DNA from: Mytilus edulis
Lineage: Eukaryota
Length of the DNA stretch: 64,000 bases
Assembly (NCBI RefSeq): GCF_963676685.1
Contig: NC_092347.1
Span: forward strand, 39,122,001-39,186,000
Reading direction: 5' to 3'
In this document: positions 1 to 13,670 of the stretch, piece after piece
Position numbering within the stretch: position 1 is the first letter of the stretch
Layout: each line of letters starts with the position of its first letter
Made by a program: the position numbers and the translations under genes
The notes under the pieces: generated by a model
Told to the model about the DNA's origin: nothing
Seen by the model: the letters and a program-made list of their open reading frames with translations, nothing else
Databases searched by the model: none

Positions 1-300
1 TGATTAAATATTTAGATTGAAGATTCATATTCCTAATTGTTTAAAGGCATACATAATACAAATTATGAAATCCAAACGATTGCTTCACAATTCAGTAAAA
101 CTTGAAACACAATATCATTTCATTTCAAGGGACTTTATATTTGGGTCAACTTAGGCCCTTACCAGACCTTTTATTTTGCAAAGTGCAAACCATTTACGAC
201 AACTTATAAGACTGAACTGATAGAGAAAATGAAAAATTAATCAAAATCTTAATTAACAGTTTTAGATATGAACAGTTAATTGTGGAAACATTTTTTTCAG

Positions 301-402
301 ATTGCCACCACATCCTTTTATAACAGTTTTGAACAACAGACCAGAGTCATGGCCCCAGATTCGTCAGGAATTTTCACAGTTGTGCCATAGTGAGAATTTA
401 AG
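301..402 (+). CDS. FOCAD: Focadhesin-like gene, internal exon A (LPPHPFITVLNNRPESWPQIRQEFSQLCHSENL)
   Basis: ttttcag acceptor ending at 300, gtaggt donor at 403; phase 2/2. The peptide resembles vertebrate focadhesin HPHPLITVLEHRPDCWP as I recall it. Confidence 0.9.
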
Positions 403-1299
403 GTAGGTCAAATAAATATACTATGATGGAAAATACAGTGATCAATATAATGTCAGACCAGACATGCTCCTATGGATTATAATTGAGTTGTCTGTCACCT
501 AAATCAACGGCAAACTACTGTCTCAATTTTTTTTTAAATCACTGAATGAAAATACTTGAATGTAATAAAACATGTAGAAACTCGTTAAAGATATCAGGCT
601 TATAATTTAATACGTCAAACATTGGTTTCTTCTCATCAGTGATGCTTGAATAACAATACTTTAAATGTTGAGGCAATTACGAGGTAAAGAGCGTGAAAAA
701 CTTAAAATTATAAAATGATGTGAAAATCTGGTTAAGACTGGACACTGGGGAATAAACACCATTACAGAACCGGCCGTATATATATGATATTTCATGTCAT
801 CAAAGTAACACAAACTACTGTGCTTTTGATACCCTCAGGAAAGAAGCATCCATCAGCAGTAAATTTTCATCACTGGTTCCAGATTTAAGATTTTATGTGC
901 AAGACGTCCTTTTTTGCTTTTGATAACTGATAAATTACTCTTTGGTTGATAAACTTTAGTAAAAATGTGCATCCTAATTCAAAACACTTACATTTTTTTA
1001 CCGTATAGCAGGTGGAAGACAAATTTGTAAACAAAATAAAAGAAAACATCGATCTTATTGACTATTTTTACTTCATTTCAAAAACGTAAAGAAGAATCTT
1101 ACATTTATGAAGCTTTAATATGTGTATAGTAAAAGGGGAATGCCTCTTTTGGTTACATAATTCGAGTATCTTTGATTTATTCACATTTGTACGTTATAGC
1201 GCTCTTTTGGTTGACATCAATAGAAGTGGCTTGTGAGTTGTATTGATTAAACTGATATTTCATCATTTCAATGCAGATACCTTATTTTTCTAAATTTCG

Positions 1300-2022
1300 G
1301 TCTGTCATTGGTCCGTTGTCATTGACCTCATTTTCATGGTTCAGTGACTATTTGAAGAAGAAAAATACATTTTTTTAGTAAAGTTAAATACTCAATTATT
1401 GTGAGTATTAAGCTAACTTAATTTGGTATATGGTTTCCATGCATCGTCGACATGTGTGTCAGTAAGTGTTTATCTGACTTTCATTAACCAGTGACGAAGG
1501 TTAAAGTTACATGATTATGTCAGTTTTTCAGATACTATAAATAGTAAGTCAATTATAAGTGGTGTATTGAGTGATTATAAGGAGTACATATCAGTCTAGT
1601 AAGTTTCATCTGACCTTGACCTAATTAACATGGTTATTTAAAGTTTTGTGTTTTGGTCTGTGTTTGTAAATTTTTATAGCAATAGGTCAACCATATTTTG
1701 TGTACAATATAGTAGTAGTAAGTTGTTAATTACTGTCTAGAAAGTATCACCTTACCTTGACCTTATTTCCATGGTTCATTGGTCGATGTTAAAAGATATT
1801 ACCACAAGCAATATGGCAGCCATATTTGGTGTATACCATACTTATAAAGATGAACCTTTCTGTCTAACAGGATTTATCCGGCCTTGACCTCATTGTCATA
1901 GATCTGTATACATATTAAATGTATGTAATACATGTAATAAAACCTTTATCTTTAAGACTTTCAATATATAAACCAATTCCTAAGAAAATAGTCGAGACAT
2001 TTCAGTGTTTGCACACTTGTTT
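1300..2022 (+). mobile_element. Old, diverged, 5'-truncated copy of HINE family B
   Basis: Repeated tgaccttgacctcattttcatgg units and a 3' end (cgagacatttcagtgtttgcacacttgtt) matching the copies at 15013 and 36047. Confidence 0.7.
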
Positions 2023-2819
2023 TTTTTTCAAATATCTTTGCCATTCACAAAAAAGAACTATTTTAAAAGTTTAGTTTCATAACATGTATGGACAATTAAG
2101 CTGAAGAAATAATTTGTAATCAATAACAATAAACAAATATTTCTACTCATAATTTTGAACCAAAAATATCAAAATCCATAGAATAAATGACGAACAACCA
2201 TTTAAATTGTTTTTGAAATTACTGAAAAGAAGTACATTAATATACTAGATGTTAAATTATAAAGTACAGACAACTAGATTTTAGATATGTGGTGGTTAGG
2301 AATATGTGTTTACCTAATTTTGAGTAGAACTGGAGATTTTTATAAACTTATAATCACACAGTTGCTTTTGAATCTATCCTCCAGCTTAATTTTACTTTGC
2401 CGTTGTCAAACCAGGCTTTTAATTAATGATTTAACGGATACATAATGTTGAAAAATCTGTTGCACTATGATTGAATCTATGATAACTGGGTCAAAACTTG
2501 ACATACTGTAAATATTAAAAAATTCAATCATGTTCCATTAATCAATTTCACTGTTATTATCATTACCCACAATATCATGGGCATGTAACAGCTGGTATCA
2601 GGAACCAGATACAAAATGTAACACAGATGTAACATGCAAAAGTGCAGTTAATTTCTAGTTATTATAATGAAATAGATGGAAGTCATGAAATAAAATTTGA
2701 AAAAAAATAATATTAATTTTAGGTCTAATCAATAGAAATCGTTGCATGCTTTTAGTACTATTTGATAGCAGAGTAATTATAAAATAGTTTTTTATATTAC
2801 TATTTGTTTGTTAATGTCA

Positions 2820-3826
2820 CAAAACCAGGTTCAACCCACCATTTTTTTCTTTAAAAATGTCCTGTACCAAGTCAGGAAAATGGCCAATGTTATATCATAG
2901 TTCGTTTCTGTGTGTGTAACATTTTTATGTTGTGTTTCCGTTGTGTCGTTTGTTTTCTCTTATATTTGAGTGTGAATTCACATTACTATAAGACGTGTCA
3001 CGGTACTTTTCTATCCCAAATTCATGTTTTTGGTTTTGATGTTATATTTGTTATTCTCATCGGATTTTGTCTAATGCTTAGTCGGTTTCTGTGTGTGTTA
3101 CATTTTAATGTTGTGTCGTTGTTCTCCTCTTATATTTAATGCGTTTCCCTCAGTTTTTAACCGGATTTTTGTGACAAAAATGTCGGTTATTGATTTGGGG
3201 ATGTACGGCGGGCGGCAACCAAATGTTGTCCTTGCATTTACTCATGAACCGTTCAACCAAAGATTTTCAAATTTTAATATGTTGTTACAGACAACAAAAT
3301 AAAGGTCAAGTTCAATAATGACGATTTTGACTTTTACCGTTCAGGAGTTAAGGTTCTTGAAAGATTGAAAAATGGCATTTCCAGTCGTGTCCGTGCATTT
3401 ACGCATGAACTGTTCAACCAAAGCTTCCCAAATTTTAATATGTTGTTACTGATGGCAAAATAGAGGTCAAGTTCAATAATGACGATTTTGACTATTACCG
3501 TTCAGGAGTTATGGTTCTTGAAAGATTGAAAAATGGCTTTTCCAGTCGTGTCTGTGCATTTACTCATGAACCATTCAACATAAGCTTTTCAAATTTTAAT
3601 ATGTTGATACTGATGACAAAATGGAGGTCAAATTTGATATTGACCATTTTCACTTTCAATGTTCATCAGTTATGGTTCTTGTGATATTGGCAGGATACAA
3701 ATAAATGTTAATAAATCCGGTTTGCTGTCGTTGTGACAGCCTCTTGTAGTTTGTTACCCCGATTTAGTTTTTTGTCCATAGATTTACGAGTTTTGAACAG
3801 CGGTATACTACTGTTGCCTTTATTTA
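2820..3826 (+). mobile_element. Interspersed repeat with a 3' hairpin (aacagcggtatactactgtt), interrupted by a HINE
   Basis: An uninterrupted partial copy lies in reverse orientation at ~17488-17670; related fragments at ~6340-6405 and ~6520-6890. Confidence 0.65.
3158..3747 (+). mobile_element. Helentron-associated non-autonomous element (HINE/DINE-like), family A
   Basis: Subterminal inverted repeats aaccggattt / aaatccggtt, GGCG microsatellite, ~3 internal 161-bp tandem units, 3' hairpin gctgtc-gttgt-gacagc, inserted in a T-run. Second copy at 41899. Confidence 0.8.
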
Positions 3827-4122
3827 AGATATCAAATGTTTGCAAGCATTTTTTATAATTTATTTGAGAGAAAAAAGTGTTAATTGATATATTATAAATA
3901 GAAATTTAAAACAATTAGTGTACATTTAGTACTTGTATTGTTATCAAACTTGCAAGCTCTTAATGGTCCTTTACTATGTAGTTCATAGAAAATATCAGTT
4001 GTTTAGGCCTTTTTGCAGAATTCTAAATACAATCAAAATCTTGCAACACAATTTATTAATGTATAAAAATAAATAAATCGGTAAAATTAATTATTTAAAA
4101 CAAAATGATATGTTAGTGACTA

Positions 4123-6303
4123 CCCGTACGAAAATTTCAACAGGAGTTCAACTGGACTTCAGCTGGACTTGAGACGTATTCCAGTCTGACTTTGAAAAGT
4201 CCAGTCTGACATGAGCCGTACACGTACTTTTTTTTATACTTCGGTTATTTGCCAGCCGGTATTTTCTTAAAAGTCCAACTGCATTTTTTGTAATTCTGAC
4301 AAGAAAAAAAAGACGGCCGGACTTTTGAGAAAAATTATTCTTTCTGTAGAATGATCAGCAGGATTTTTGTCTTAGAAAATTTTACAGTCATTTATGAGCA
4401 GGAATTTAGACTTAGAAAATTTTCATCAGCCAAATCTGTTCTTACAGAAATAAAAACTTTGCCACTAGGATTCTGTTCTTTGAAAGAACAATCTCTTTCA
4501 AAATGGAAAAGAGTTATTAATCATGTTAATGAAAATTTGCAAGTTATAAAATTGATATCATATTTTTTTTAGAATATACTAAACTATAAGATGTGATCTT
4601 TTCCCTAAATTTTCAATTCCATTATAAAATATTTAACATAGACTGTAAATGGAAAGTTGAAATTTAATGTAGGTGACTGAATTTTGATTGAATTATATCC
4701 CAGTTAATATGTTTTCAACAATTATTTAACATTTTTACTATTTCATGAAATAAAACCCCTAGAAAAATTACATCTAATAATAGGTTAAATTTATATATTT
4801 TCTAGTATATTTATATTTAATAAGATGAATGCATAGAATAAATAATTATCATCATTCTTTAATATCAATTAGAAACTTGAGCCATAGCAGTGATTTAATA
4901 GCAGTAGTCTTGTAGAAAGTGCCATCTGTTTTCAATTAACCTCAGTCTGGACAGGTCACAGGAAGTAGCATCTACACAGAGGTTGATCATGAGGCCATTT
5001 GAAGGATAACACATTTCTAAATACATATATCTGCAATTACTATAACTTTTATTAAACATTTGATAATTGAACAAATTAATAATTGATTTTCTTTTTTTTA
5101 ATATATCACATATTCAAAATTAAGACATATGCAAGAAGTTATAAGAAGAAAATTTTTCACAGCTCCTCAAAACAACCTCATGTATTGCAATACAACAAAA
5201 TTTGAATTTGGAATTAACAGGAAGATGTGTCTTCTTTCTTGAACAAAATCATGAAAATGAGAAATTTACATTGGATGTAAAGCAAGTGTTTGGAAGTTCT
5301 TTTCACATTATATTAGAGAAGATGGATACTTCTGACTGGCATCAAGGAAAATTTAGGAAGATTGCTGTTTGCACATATTTTGGATTGCATATTCTGGTAA
5401 GTACAATGTAATTGAATTCCACCATTTTGGTGATATTATCTGATATATGCTCTTTTTTCTTCAACATATTGATGGAATAATTACAACATTATGAATAGCT
5501 TATAATTTTTATTTTTGAAGAGTAAAAAGAATAAAGAAAAAACTGCATTAAATACTTAATTATGCAATAAAAATCAGTTTGAGTGATTTTAAAAGCTTTA
5601 CTTTATTTTATGCACTTTGAATTTATTTAGTCTTAATATATAATCATGATGGTTATAACCACACCTTTTTAGGAGTAAGCATTTAGCGTCACAATTCCCC
5701 ATTTCTTGATTTTGCCAGTAAGACAGTAGAAAAAAAAAAGAAATAATCAGTATATATGCATAATGACATCTTGGTTTTTTTTAATTTTCAGATTGTAACA
5801 AGGGATGCATATTAAATCAGGAGAATCCACCATTTAAAGAAAAACTAAGCAGTAGTGGATCAAGAGGGAGGGTTCTGCCGGGTGGACCCCCCCCCCCCCC
5901 TCATTTTTTGTGGATCAGCCCCTGCTGAGATCATCTTTAAAGGTCAAACAGAACTTTTTGAACTCCAGCTGGACTTTTGCGAGTTCAGCTGGACTTCTCC
6001 AAGTTCAGCCGGACTTTACAGAAGTCCGGTTGAACTTTAAAGAGGCCAAATTTTTGCCAGAAATGCCGGCTGGATTTTTTGAGACGTACTTTTATGAAAG
6101 TCCAGCTGGACTTTCTGAACCGGACTCCTGCTAATTTAAATATTTCGAGCCGGTTTACGGCTAATTTCGCTGAAAGTCCAACCGGGTTATCCATTATAAG
6201 ACATTCAAAGAAAAGTCCAAATGATTATTATAAGTACGGTTCTCAGTACGGCTACAGTACGGCTACTGTCCGGCTGGAGTACGTGTCATGTTTTTCGTAC
6301 GGG
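4123..6303. mobile_element. Non-autonomous TIR DNA transposon, CACTA/EnSpm-like (CCC termini, 2-bp TA flanks)
   Basis: TIR cccgtacgaaaa ... ttttcgtacggg with TA on both sides. Many subterminal agtccagctggact-like palindromic repeats at both ends. No transposase ORF. Confidence 0.7.
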
Positions 6304-7599
6304 TAGTAACTTTAATGTCCGACCAATTCAATTCAGAGTATGATTTGGTTTTTTTCTCAATCGATTTATGACTTTTAAACAGTAGTATACTACTGTTGCT
6401 TTTTTTATGATGTTATAAAATAGATATTATGTACTAAGTTTAATCACATCCTACCATGACCTTTAACAATTTAGAGCTTCCAGTATAATATGCGGCTCCT
6501 GTTTATTGTTTGAGCCCCAAAGTGCTTTCGGTATTTGTGTTAACATGTTTGTTTGTTTTTATTGTGATTAAGATGATAAAACAATGTTCACTGCTGTACC
6601 CCTTTTGTACATTAATTTTTCACCTATGATGTCCATTTGTTTTATTCACATAGTGTTGTCAATATAATGGAATGTTATGCAAATGTCATACATGTGATAG
6701 GTTTAGATAATTATAAAACCAGGTGCAACCAACCATTTTCTACATAAGAAAATGTCTGTACCAAGTCAGAAATACTACAGTTGTTATCAAATCTTTTAAT
6801 GTGTTTTGCTTTTGAAGTTGCAATTGGATTAAATTTATGTTTTGAATTTTCCTTAGAGGTTGGTATTTTTCTTATTTTACATTTTGATAATCATATCCTG
6901 ATGGATTGCTCAAACACTGTTACAAAAGTCGATATCATTTTCCCAATGTGTTTTTATTCCCATTAAAACACCTAATTAGTTGGTGGATTATTCTGTAGCT
7001 TAGTGAAGTTAAATACTATTTTGATAATATTGGTTAGTATTTTGTCTTTCATGATTTTTATTTTGCGAAGAAAAACAATTAAAAAATTGTAAACATTATT
7101 GGTTTGGTTTCTTATCGTTTTATGGTGATTATTAAGACAGTTGTTCATTAAAACTTTCTGTATTGAAATTAAGAGTTTATTATCTTAAGTTGAATACTGT
7201 ATAAGTGTTAAAAAAAGCTCTCGAGTTCTTAAACTTTAGAGAAAAATGTAATGAAAATGCGTACCTTTTACGTTTGGTATAGTGAGTAACGTATGCCATA
7301 CCAAATCCTGATTATTTACTGAAAACACTATCTTTTTAAAGCAATTTGAACAATCTAGAACAATATACCACTATTCCACTATACCTTACATGTTTTGTAA
7401 GGAATTCAAGTTTCTGTGATCTATACACAATTCTAATTTTTTATCTTTCTTTTGGTTTTCACTTAAATAAGTTGTTTGTGAGATATATATTGATATTACT
7501 GTTAATCCATCAATTCCCTGTTTCAAATAGTCCGTTTCTATGTATGCGTTTGTTTTTGTTTCTGTCAATATACCTAACATTTCCAAATAGGATTCATGC

Positions 7600-10500
7600 T
7601 GTCGGTTATTGACATTACACATACTGTAAATCATTGGCATTGCATTTTCTATCAATTATTGCCATTGCACTATGTTGTCAGTCTTTGCCATTGCACTATG
7701 ATGTTAGTCATTGTAATAACACTATTCTGTCAGCCTTTGTCATTGCTCAATGCTATTAGTCATTGTCATTGCACTATAATATCAGTCATTGTCATTGTCC
7801 TATTCTGTCAGTCATTGTCCTATGACGTCAGTCATTGTCATTGCACTATGATGTCAGTCATTGTCCTATTCTGTCAGTCATTGTCCTATGACGTCAGTCA
7901 TTGTCCTATGACGTCAGTCATTGTCCTATGACGTCAGTCATTGTCATTGCTCAATGCTATTAGTCATTGTCATTTCACTATGATGTCAGTCATTGTCATT
8001 TTCCTATTCTGTCAGTCATTGTCCTATGACGTCAGTCATTGTCATATGAAGTCAGTCATTGTCATTGCTCAATGCTATTAGTCATTGTCATTACACTATG
8101 CTGTCAGTCATTGTCTTTGCACTATGATGTCAGTCATTGTCATTACACTATTCTGTCAGTCATTGTCCTATGACGTCAGTCATTGTCATTGCACTATGAT
8201 GTCAGTCATTGTCTTTACACTATGATGTCAGTCATTGCACTATGAAATCAGTCATTGTCCTATGATGTCAGTCATTGTCCTATTACGTAAGCTATTGTCC
8301 TATGACGTCAGTCATTGTCATTGCACTATGCTATCAGTCATTGTCATTGCACTATGATATCAGTCATTGTCATTGCACTATGATGTCAGTCATAACACTA
8401 TTCTGTTAGTCATTGTCCTATGATGTCAGTCATTGTCCTATGATGTCAGTCATTGCACTATGATGTCAGTCATTGTCCTTACACTATTCTGTCAGACATT
8501 GCATTATTCTGTCAGATATTGCACTATTCTGTCAGACATTGCACTATTCTGTCAGACATTGAACTATTCATTCTGTCAGACATTGCACTATTCTGTCAGA
8601 CATTGCACTATTCTGTCAGACATTACACTATTCTGTCAGTCATTGCACTATGATGTCAGTCATTGAACTATGCTGTTAGTCATTGTCTTTACACTATTAT
8701 GTCAGTCATTGTAATTGCACTTTTTATTCAGTCATTGCACTATGCTGTCAGCCTTTGTCTTTTCACTATTATGTCAGTCATTGTCATTACAATATAATGT
8801 CAGTCATTGACATTGCTCCTTGCTATCAATCATTTTCATTGCACTATGATGTGAGTCTTTGTCTTTACACTATGCGGTCAGTCATTGTCATTACACTTTT
8901 CTGTCAGTGGTTGGCATTGCACTATGCTGTCAGTCATTATCATTACATTATTCTGTCAGTCATTGCACTATGATATCAGTCATTGTAATTGCTCCATGCT
9001 ATTAGTCAGTCATTATCATTGCACTATTCTGTCAGTCACTGCATTACAGTATACTGTCAGTTATTGCACTATGATGTCAGTCATTGTCATTGCACTATGC
9101 TGACAGCCTTTGTCATTGTTCCATGCTATTAGTCATTGGCATTGTCCTATGATGTCAGTCATTGACATTGCTCCATGATGTCAGTCATTGTCATTACATT
9201 ATTCTGTCAGTCATTGCACTATGCTGTCAGTCATTGTAATTGCACTATGCTATCAGTCATTATCATTGCACTATCCTGTCAGTCAATGTCATTACACTAT
9301 ACTGTCAGTTATTGCTCTATGCTGTCAGTCATTATCATTGCACTATGCTATCAGGCATTGTCCTTGTCTATGATGTCAGTCATTGACAGTGCTTCATGCT
9401 GTCAGTCATTGTCATTACACTAGTATGTCAGTCATTTTCATTGCACTATTATGTCAGTCTTTGTCATTTCACTATTCTGTCATACATTGTCCTATGACGT
9501 CAGTCATTGTCAGTCCACTTTGCTATCAGTCATTGCACTAAGATGTTAGTCATTGTCATTACATTATTTTGTCAGTCATTACACTTTGCTATCAGTCATT
9601 ATCATTGCACTATTCTGTCAGTCATTGTCATTACACTATACTGTCAGTTATTGCACTATGATGTAAGTCATTGTCATTGCATTATGCTGTCAGCCTTTGT
9701 CATTGCTCCACGCTATTATTCATTGTCCTTGTCCTATGATGTCAGTCATTGACATTGCTCCATGATGTCAGTCATTGTCATTGCCCTTTTGTGTCAGTCA
9801 TTGCACTATGATGTCAGTTATTGTCTTTGCACTATGCTGTCAGCCTTTGTCATTGCACTATGATGTCAGTCATTGTCAGTGCACTTTGCTATCAGTCATT
9901 GTCATTACATTATTCTGTCAGTCATTACACTTTGCTATCAGTCATTATGATTGCACTACTCTGTTAGTCATTGTCCTTACACTATACTGTCAGTTATTGC
10001 ACTATGATGTAAGTCATTGTCATTGCATTATGCTGTCAGCCTTTGTCATTGCTCCACGCTATTAATCATTGTCCTTGTCTTATGATGTCAGTGGTTGACA
10101 TTGCTCCATGATGTCAGTCATTGTCATTACATTATTCTGTCAGTCATTGCACTATGATATCAGTCATTGTCATTGCACTATGCTGTCAGTCATTATCATT
10201 GCACTATTCTGTCAGTCACTGCATTACACTATACTGTCAGTTATTGCACTATGATGTCAGTCATTGTCATTGCATTATGCTGTCAGCCTTTGTCATTGCT
10301 CCACGCTATTAATCATTGTCCTTGTCTTATGATGTCAGTCATTGACATTGCTCCATGATTTCAGTCATTGTCATTGCACTTTTTTGTCAGTCATTGCACT
10401 ATGATGTCAGTCATTGTCATTGCACTATGATGTCAGTCTTTGTCATTGCACTATGCGGTCAGTCATTGTCATAACACTTTTCTGTCAGTGGTTGGCATTG

Positions 10501-11400
10501 CACTATGCTGTAAGTCATTGTCATTACATTATTCTGTCAGTCATTGCACTATGATATCAGTCATTGTCATTGCACTATGCTGTCAGTCATTGTAATTGCA
10601 CTATGCTATCAGTCATTATCATTGCACTATGCTATCAGTCATTATCATTGCACTATTCTGTCAGTCATTGTCATTATACTATACTGTCAGTTATTGCACT
10701 ACGATGTCAGTCATTGTCATTGCACTTTGATGTCAGTCATTGTCATTGCTCCATGCTATTAGTCATTGTCCTTATCCTATGATGCCAGTCATTGACATTG
10801 CTCCATGATGTCAGTCATTTTCATTGCACTTTTTTGTCAGTCATTGCACTATTATATCAATCTTTGTCATTACACTATTCTGTCAGTCATTGTCATATGA
10901 CTTCAGTCATTGTCATTACATTATTCTGTCAGTCATTACTGTTTGCTATCAGTCATTTGCATTGGACTATTCTGTCATTCATTGTCATTACACTATACTT
11001 TCAGTTATTGCACTATGATGTCAGTCATTGTCCTTGCTCCATGCTATTAGTCATTGTCCTTGTCATATGATGCCAGTCATTGACATTGATCCATGCTGTC
11101 AGTCATTGTCATTGCACTATGCTGTCAGTCATGTTGTCATTGCACTATGCTGTCAGTCATGTTGTCATTGTACTATGCTGTCAGCTTTTGTCATTGCTCC
11201 ATGCTATTTGTCATTGTCCTTGTCCTATAATGTCAGTAATCGACATTGCTCCATGCTTTCAGTCATTGTAATTGCACTATGACGTCAGTCATTGTTATTG
11301 CACTATTATGTCAGTCATTGTCATTGCACTATTATGTCAGTCATTGTAATTGCACAAAACATTCAGCCATGCACTATGTGATAAGTCATTTTTCCAATAA
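7600..11400. repeat. Cryptic minisatellite with 20/26-bp variant units (gtcagtcattg[tcattg]cactatgat)
   Basis: Directly visible over ~3.8 kb, with higher-order blocks (e.g. ~9520-9780 repeated at ~9880-10130). Confidence 0.95.
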
Positions 11401-11439
11401 AATCTGATTTAACATCAAAATAATTTAGGCAAGTATTTT

Positions 11440-12095
11440 GAATTACAACAAATTGTCAGTTCTTATCTTCCAAAATATTGTCAGTTCCAATATGTTCTAA
11501 AATATTACCAGTCATTCGCATTGCAATATACTCTCAGTTCTTATTGTAAAAAAATGTCAGTTGTTCTCATGGCTTAATACTGTCAGTTGTTCTCATTGCT
11601 TTTTATGTTCAGTTATTCTCATTGCTAACTACTGTCAGTTGTTCTTATTGCTAACAAGTGTCAGTTATTGTCATTGCTAAATATTGTCAGTTTTTATTTC
11701 TAACTACTATCAGTTTGCATTGCTAAATACTATCAGTTCTCATTGCTAAATACTGTGAGTTGTTCTCATGGCTTAATACTGTCAGTTGATCACATTGCAA
11801 TAACATTTTTTAAATTGTTATTATAAAAATACTTTCAGTCGTTCTTTTTTGCAGTATTCTGTCAGTTTGTATTGTTCTTATGGCTTAATACTGTCCGTTG
11901 TTCACATTGAAATAACATGTTAATTGTTATAAAAAAAATACTTTCAGCCATTCTTTTTTGCAGTATTCTGTCAGTTTGTATTGTTCTCATGCCTTAATAC
12001 TGTCAGTTGTTCACATTGCAATAACATGTTAATTGTTGTTAAAAAAATACTTTCAGTCGTTCTTTTTAGCAGTATTCTGTCAGTTTGTATTGTCA
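11440..12095. repeat. Related diverged minisatellite (ctgtcagttgttctcattgctaaata) ending in ~3 copies of a ~110-bp unit
   Basis: Shares the ctgtcagt...cattgc core with the main array; the longer unit recurs across ~11760-12093. Confidence 0.8.
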
Positions 12096-12283
12096 GAATA
12101 GTACCTAGATGAAACATGTATCATTGAAATATATTTCCTACTTTGATTTATCAATTATTTATACTTATCTTAAATATTTATGAAATATTTGAGTTTTGAT
12201 GTTAAAAAAAGCAAAAATCAATCAATCAATTTAACATTGAATACATTTTCTGTTAGCAATTAATGTATTCTTCTTTATTTTAG

Positions 12284-12458
12284 TGTAAGAACAAGCTGCA
12301 TTTCCTTGATGGAACCGTTCCTGAAGTTTGTACTCCTAGAACCTCAGCAAAGTCTACAATTTTTGTCCATGAGGGTAAACTTACAGCAAACACTTTTGCA
12401 GGTGGTTTCAGAGGACAGAGGGTTAAAATTCCTGGTGAACATTTTGCCATGCTTTCAG
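12284..12458 (+). CDS. FOCAD: Focadhesin-like exon B (VRTSCISLMEPFLKFVLLEPQQSLQFLSMRVNLQQTLLQ...NILPCFQ)
   Basis: ttttag acceptor, gtttgt donor; phase 2 in and 0 out, in frame with exon A. Resembles focadhesin SCIQIMAPFLWYLYCEP...IVPCLQ. Confidence 0.9.
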
Positions 12459-12754
12459 GTTTGTGTGTAATTAGTTATTAGAAATATAACAATGAAAAAA
12501 CGAAATTTCTCTAATTTATTATATCAGATTTTTATATTCTATAGTCTCTAATGTACCTGATGTTTTTAATACATCTAAGACCACTTTTGATTGGATGATG
12601 TCTGGTGCCATAACCATGGTCATTGGCAAAAACTCAGCCAATACTTTTTTGTTAAAAAAGTGGTTTTTATTGTTCTTTTATTGTTATATATTAAAATTGA
12701 CCAAAAAGGGGAAAATCATATAAAAGGATATTTTTTTTAAATTTTTATTTATAG

Positions 12755-12946
12755 GTGAACAGTCCAGATTCCTTGACAATGACTTGTCAGTTTCTGTCAG
12801 AACTCCTACCAATCATCAAAAGCCAGCAAGAGTTGTCAACTCTTGTGAGATTTGGATTCTCTTTATGTTTACAGAGCACCCAACTACAAATCAACTATTC
12901 AATCTTAGCAAGAAGTCTGCAAAATTGTATAATGAACAGCAAAAGC
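12755..12946 (+). CDS. FOCAD: Focadhesin-like exon C (VNSPDSLTMTCQFLSELL...CIMNSKS)
   Basis: ttatag acceptor, gtaaga donor; 192 nt, phase 0/0, open frame (ORF track 12755..12955). Confidence 0.85.
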
Positions 12947-13582
12947 GTAAGATAATGCTATGTATAAAGCATGAATTAATTATATTATAATCAAATCTTT
13001 TGAAAAATTTGCTCACAGTGGAATTAGTGAAATACATGTTATATGAAAAAATGGCAGAAGGGTTGTAAATTGTAAAGATACATCAACCTTAAAACGTTTT
13101 TAAATCCAATGACACATTTAAAATCAACAAACTGTGATTAAGTTTATGAAAGGTGCAATTCAGGGGGAAATTAACTGTATTCCAATGATTTTTGTCGTAT
13201 ATAGAAAAACATATTTCAAATTAATTTTTCCACCAAGATGCAGAGTTTCTCTCCATGTCTGTGTTAGCTTAGAGATTTGACTTCCAAATGTATGGAACTA
13301 AGACAGATGGAACAAGAAAATTTCATGAAAATTGTACTATTCTGGATTTGCCTGCAGATTTGTCTCCAGATTTGGATCTAGTTTTAGAGAATCCAAATTA
13401 GTTAATGATGAGTAACAGCATTTTTTTTTAGAAATCAGCTAATAGGTCAAATTTCACTGTTTGTTGTCTGTGTTTTATTGTGAGTGACCAAATTTTCTGG
13501 GATAAGACTGCACACAAAGGAATACTTTTTGAACTGACTCATCTAGTTTATATAGGGAATCTTATTTTTTTTTCATTTTCAG

Positions 13583-13670
13583 AATATAATGTCAGACACA
13601 AATCTGGTTGCTATAGCAACAATTCTTTCAACCAGTCCCAAAGAATATATTGGTCCAATAGTCAATATAG
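13583..13670 (+). CDS. FOCAD: Focadhesin-like exon D (NIMSDTNLVAIATILSTSPKEYIGPIVNI)
   Basis: ttttcag acceptor, gtaagt donor; phase 0/1. Resembles focadhesin IIGIALLLLQTPASQQKPILNL. Confidence 0.85.

Noticed and set aside
7596-11282. Cys/His-rich ORFs in the ORF track
   Set aside because: Translations of a minisatellite in several frames with frequent stops; no splice-compatible structure.
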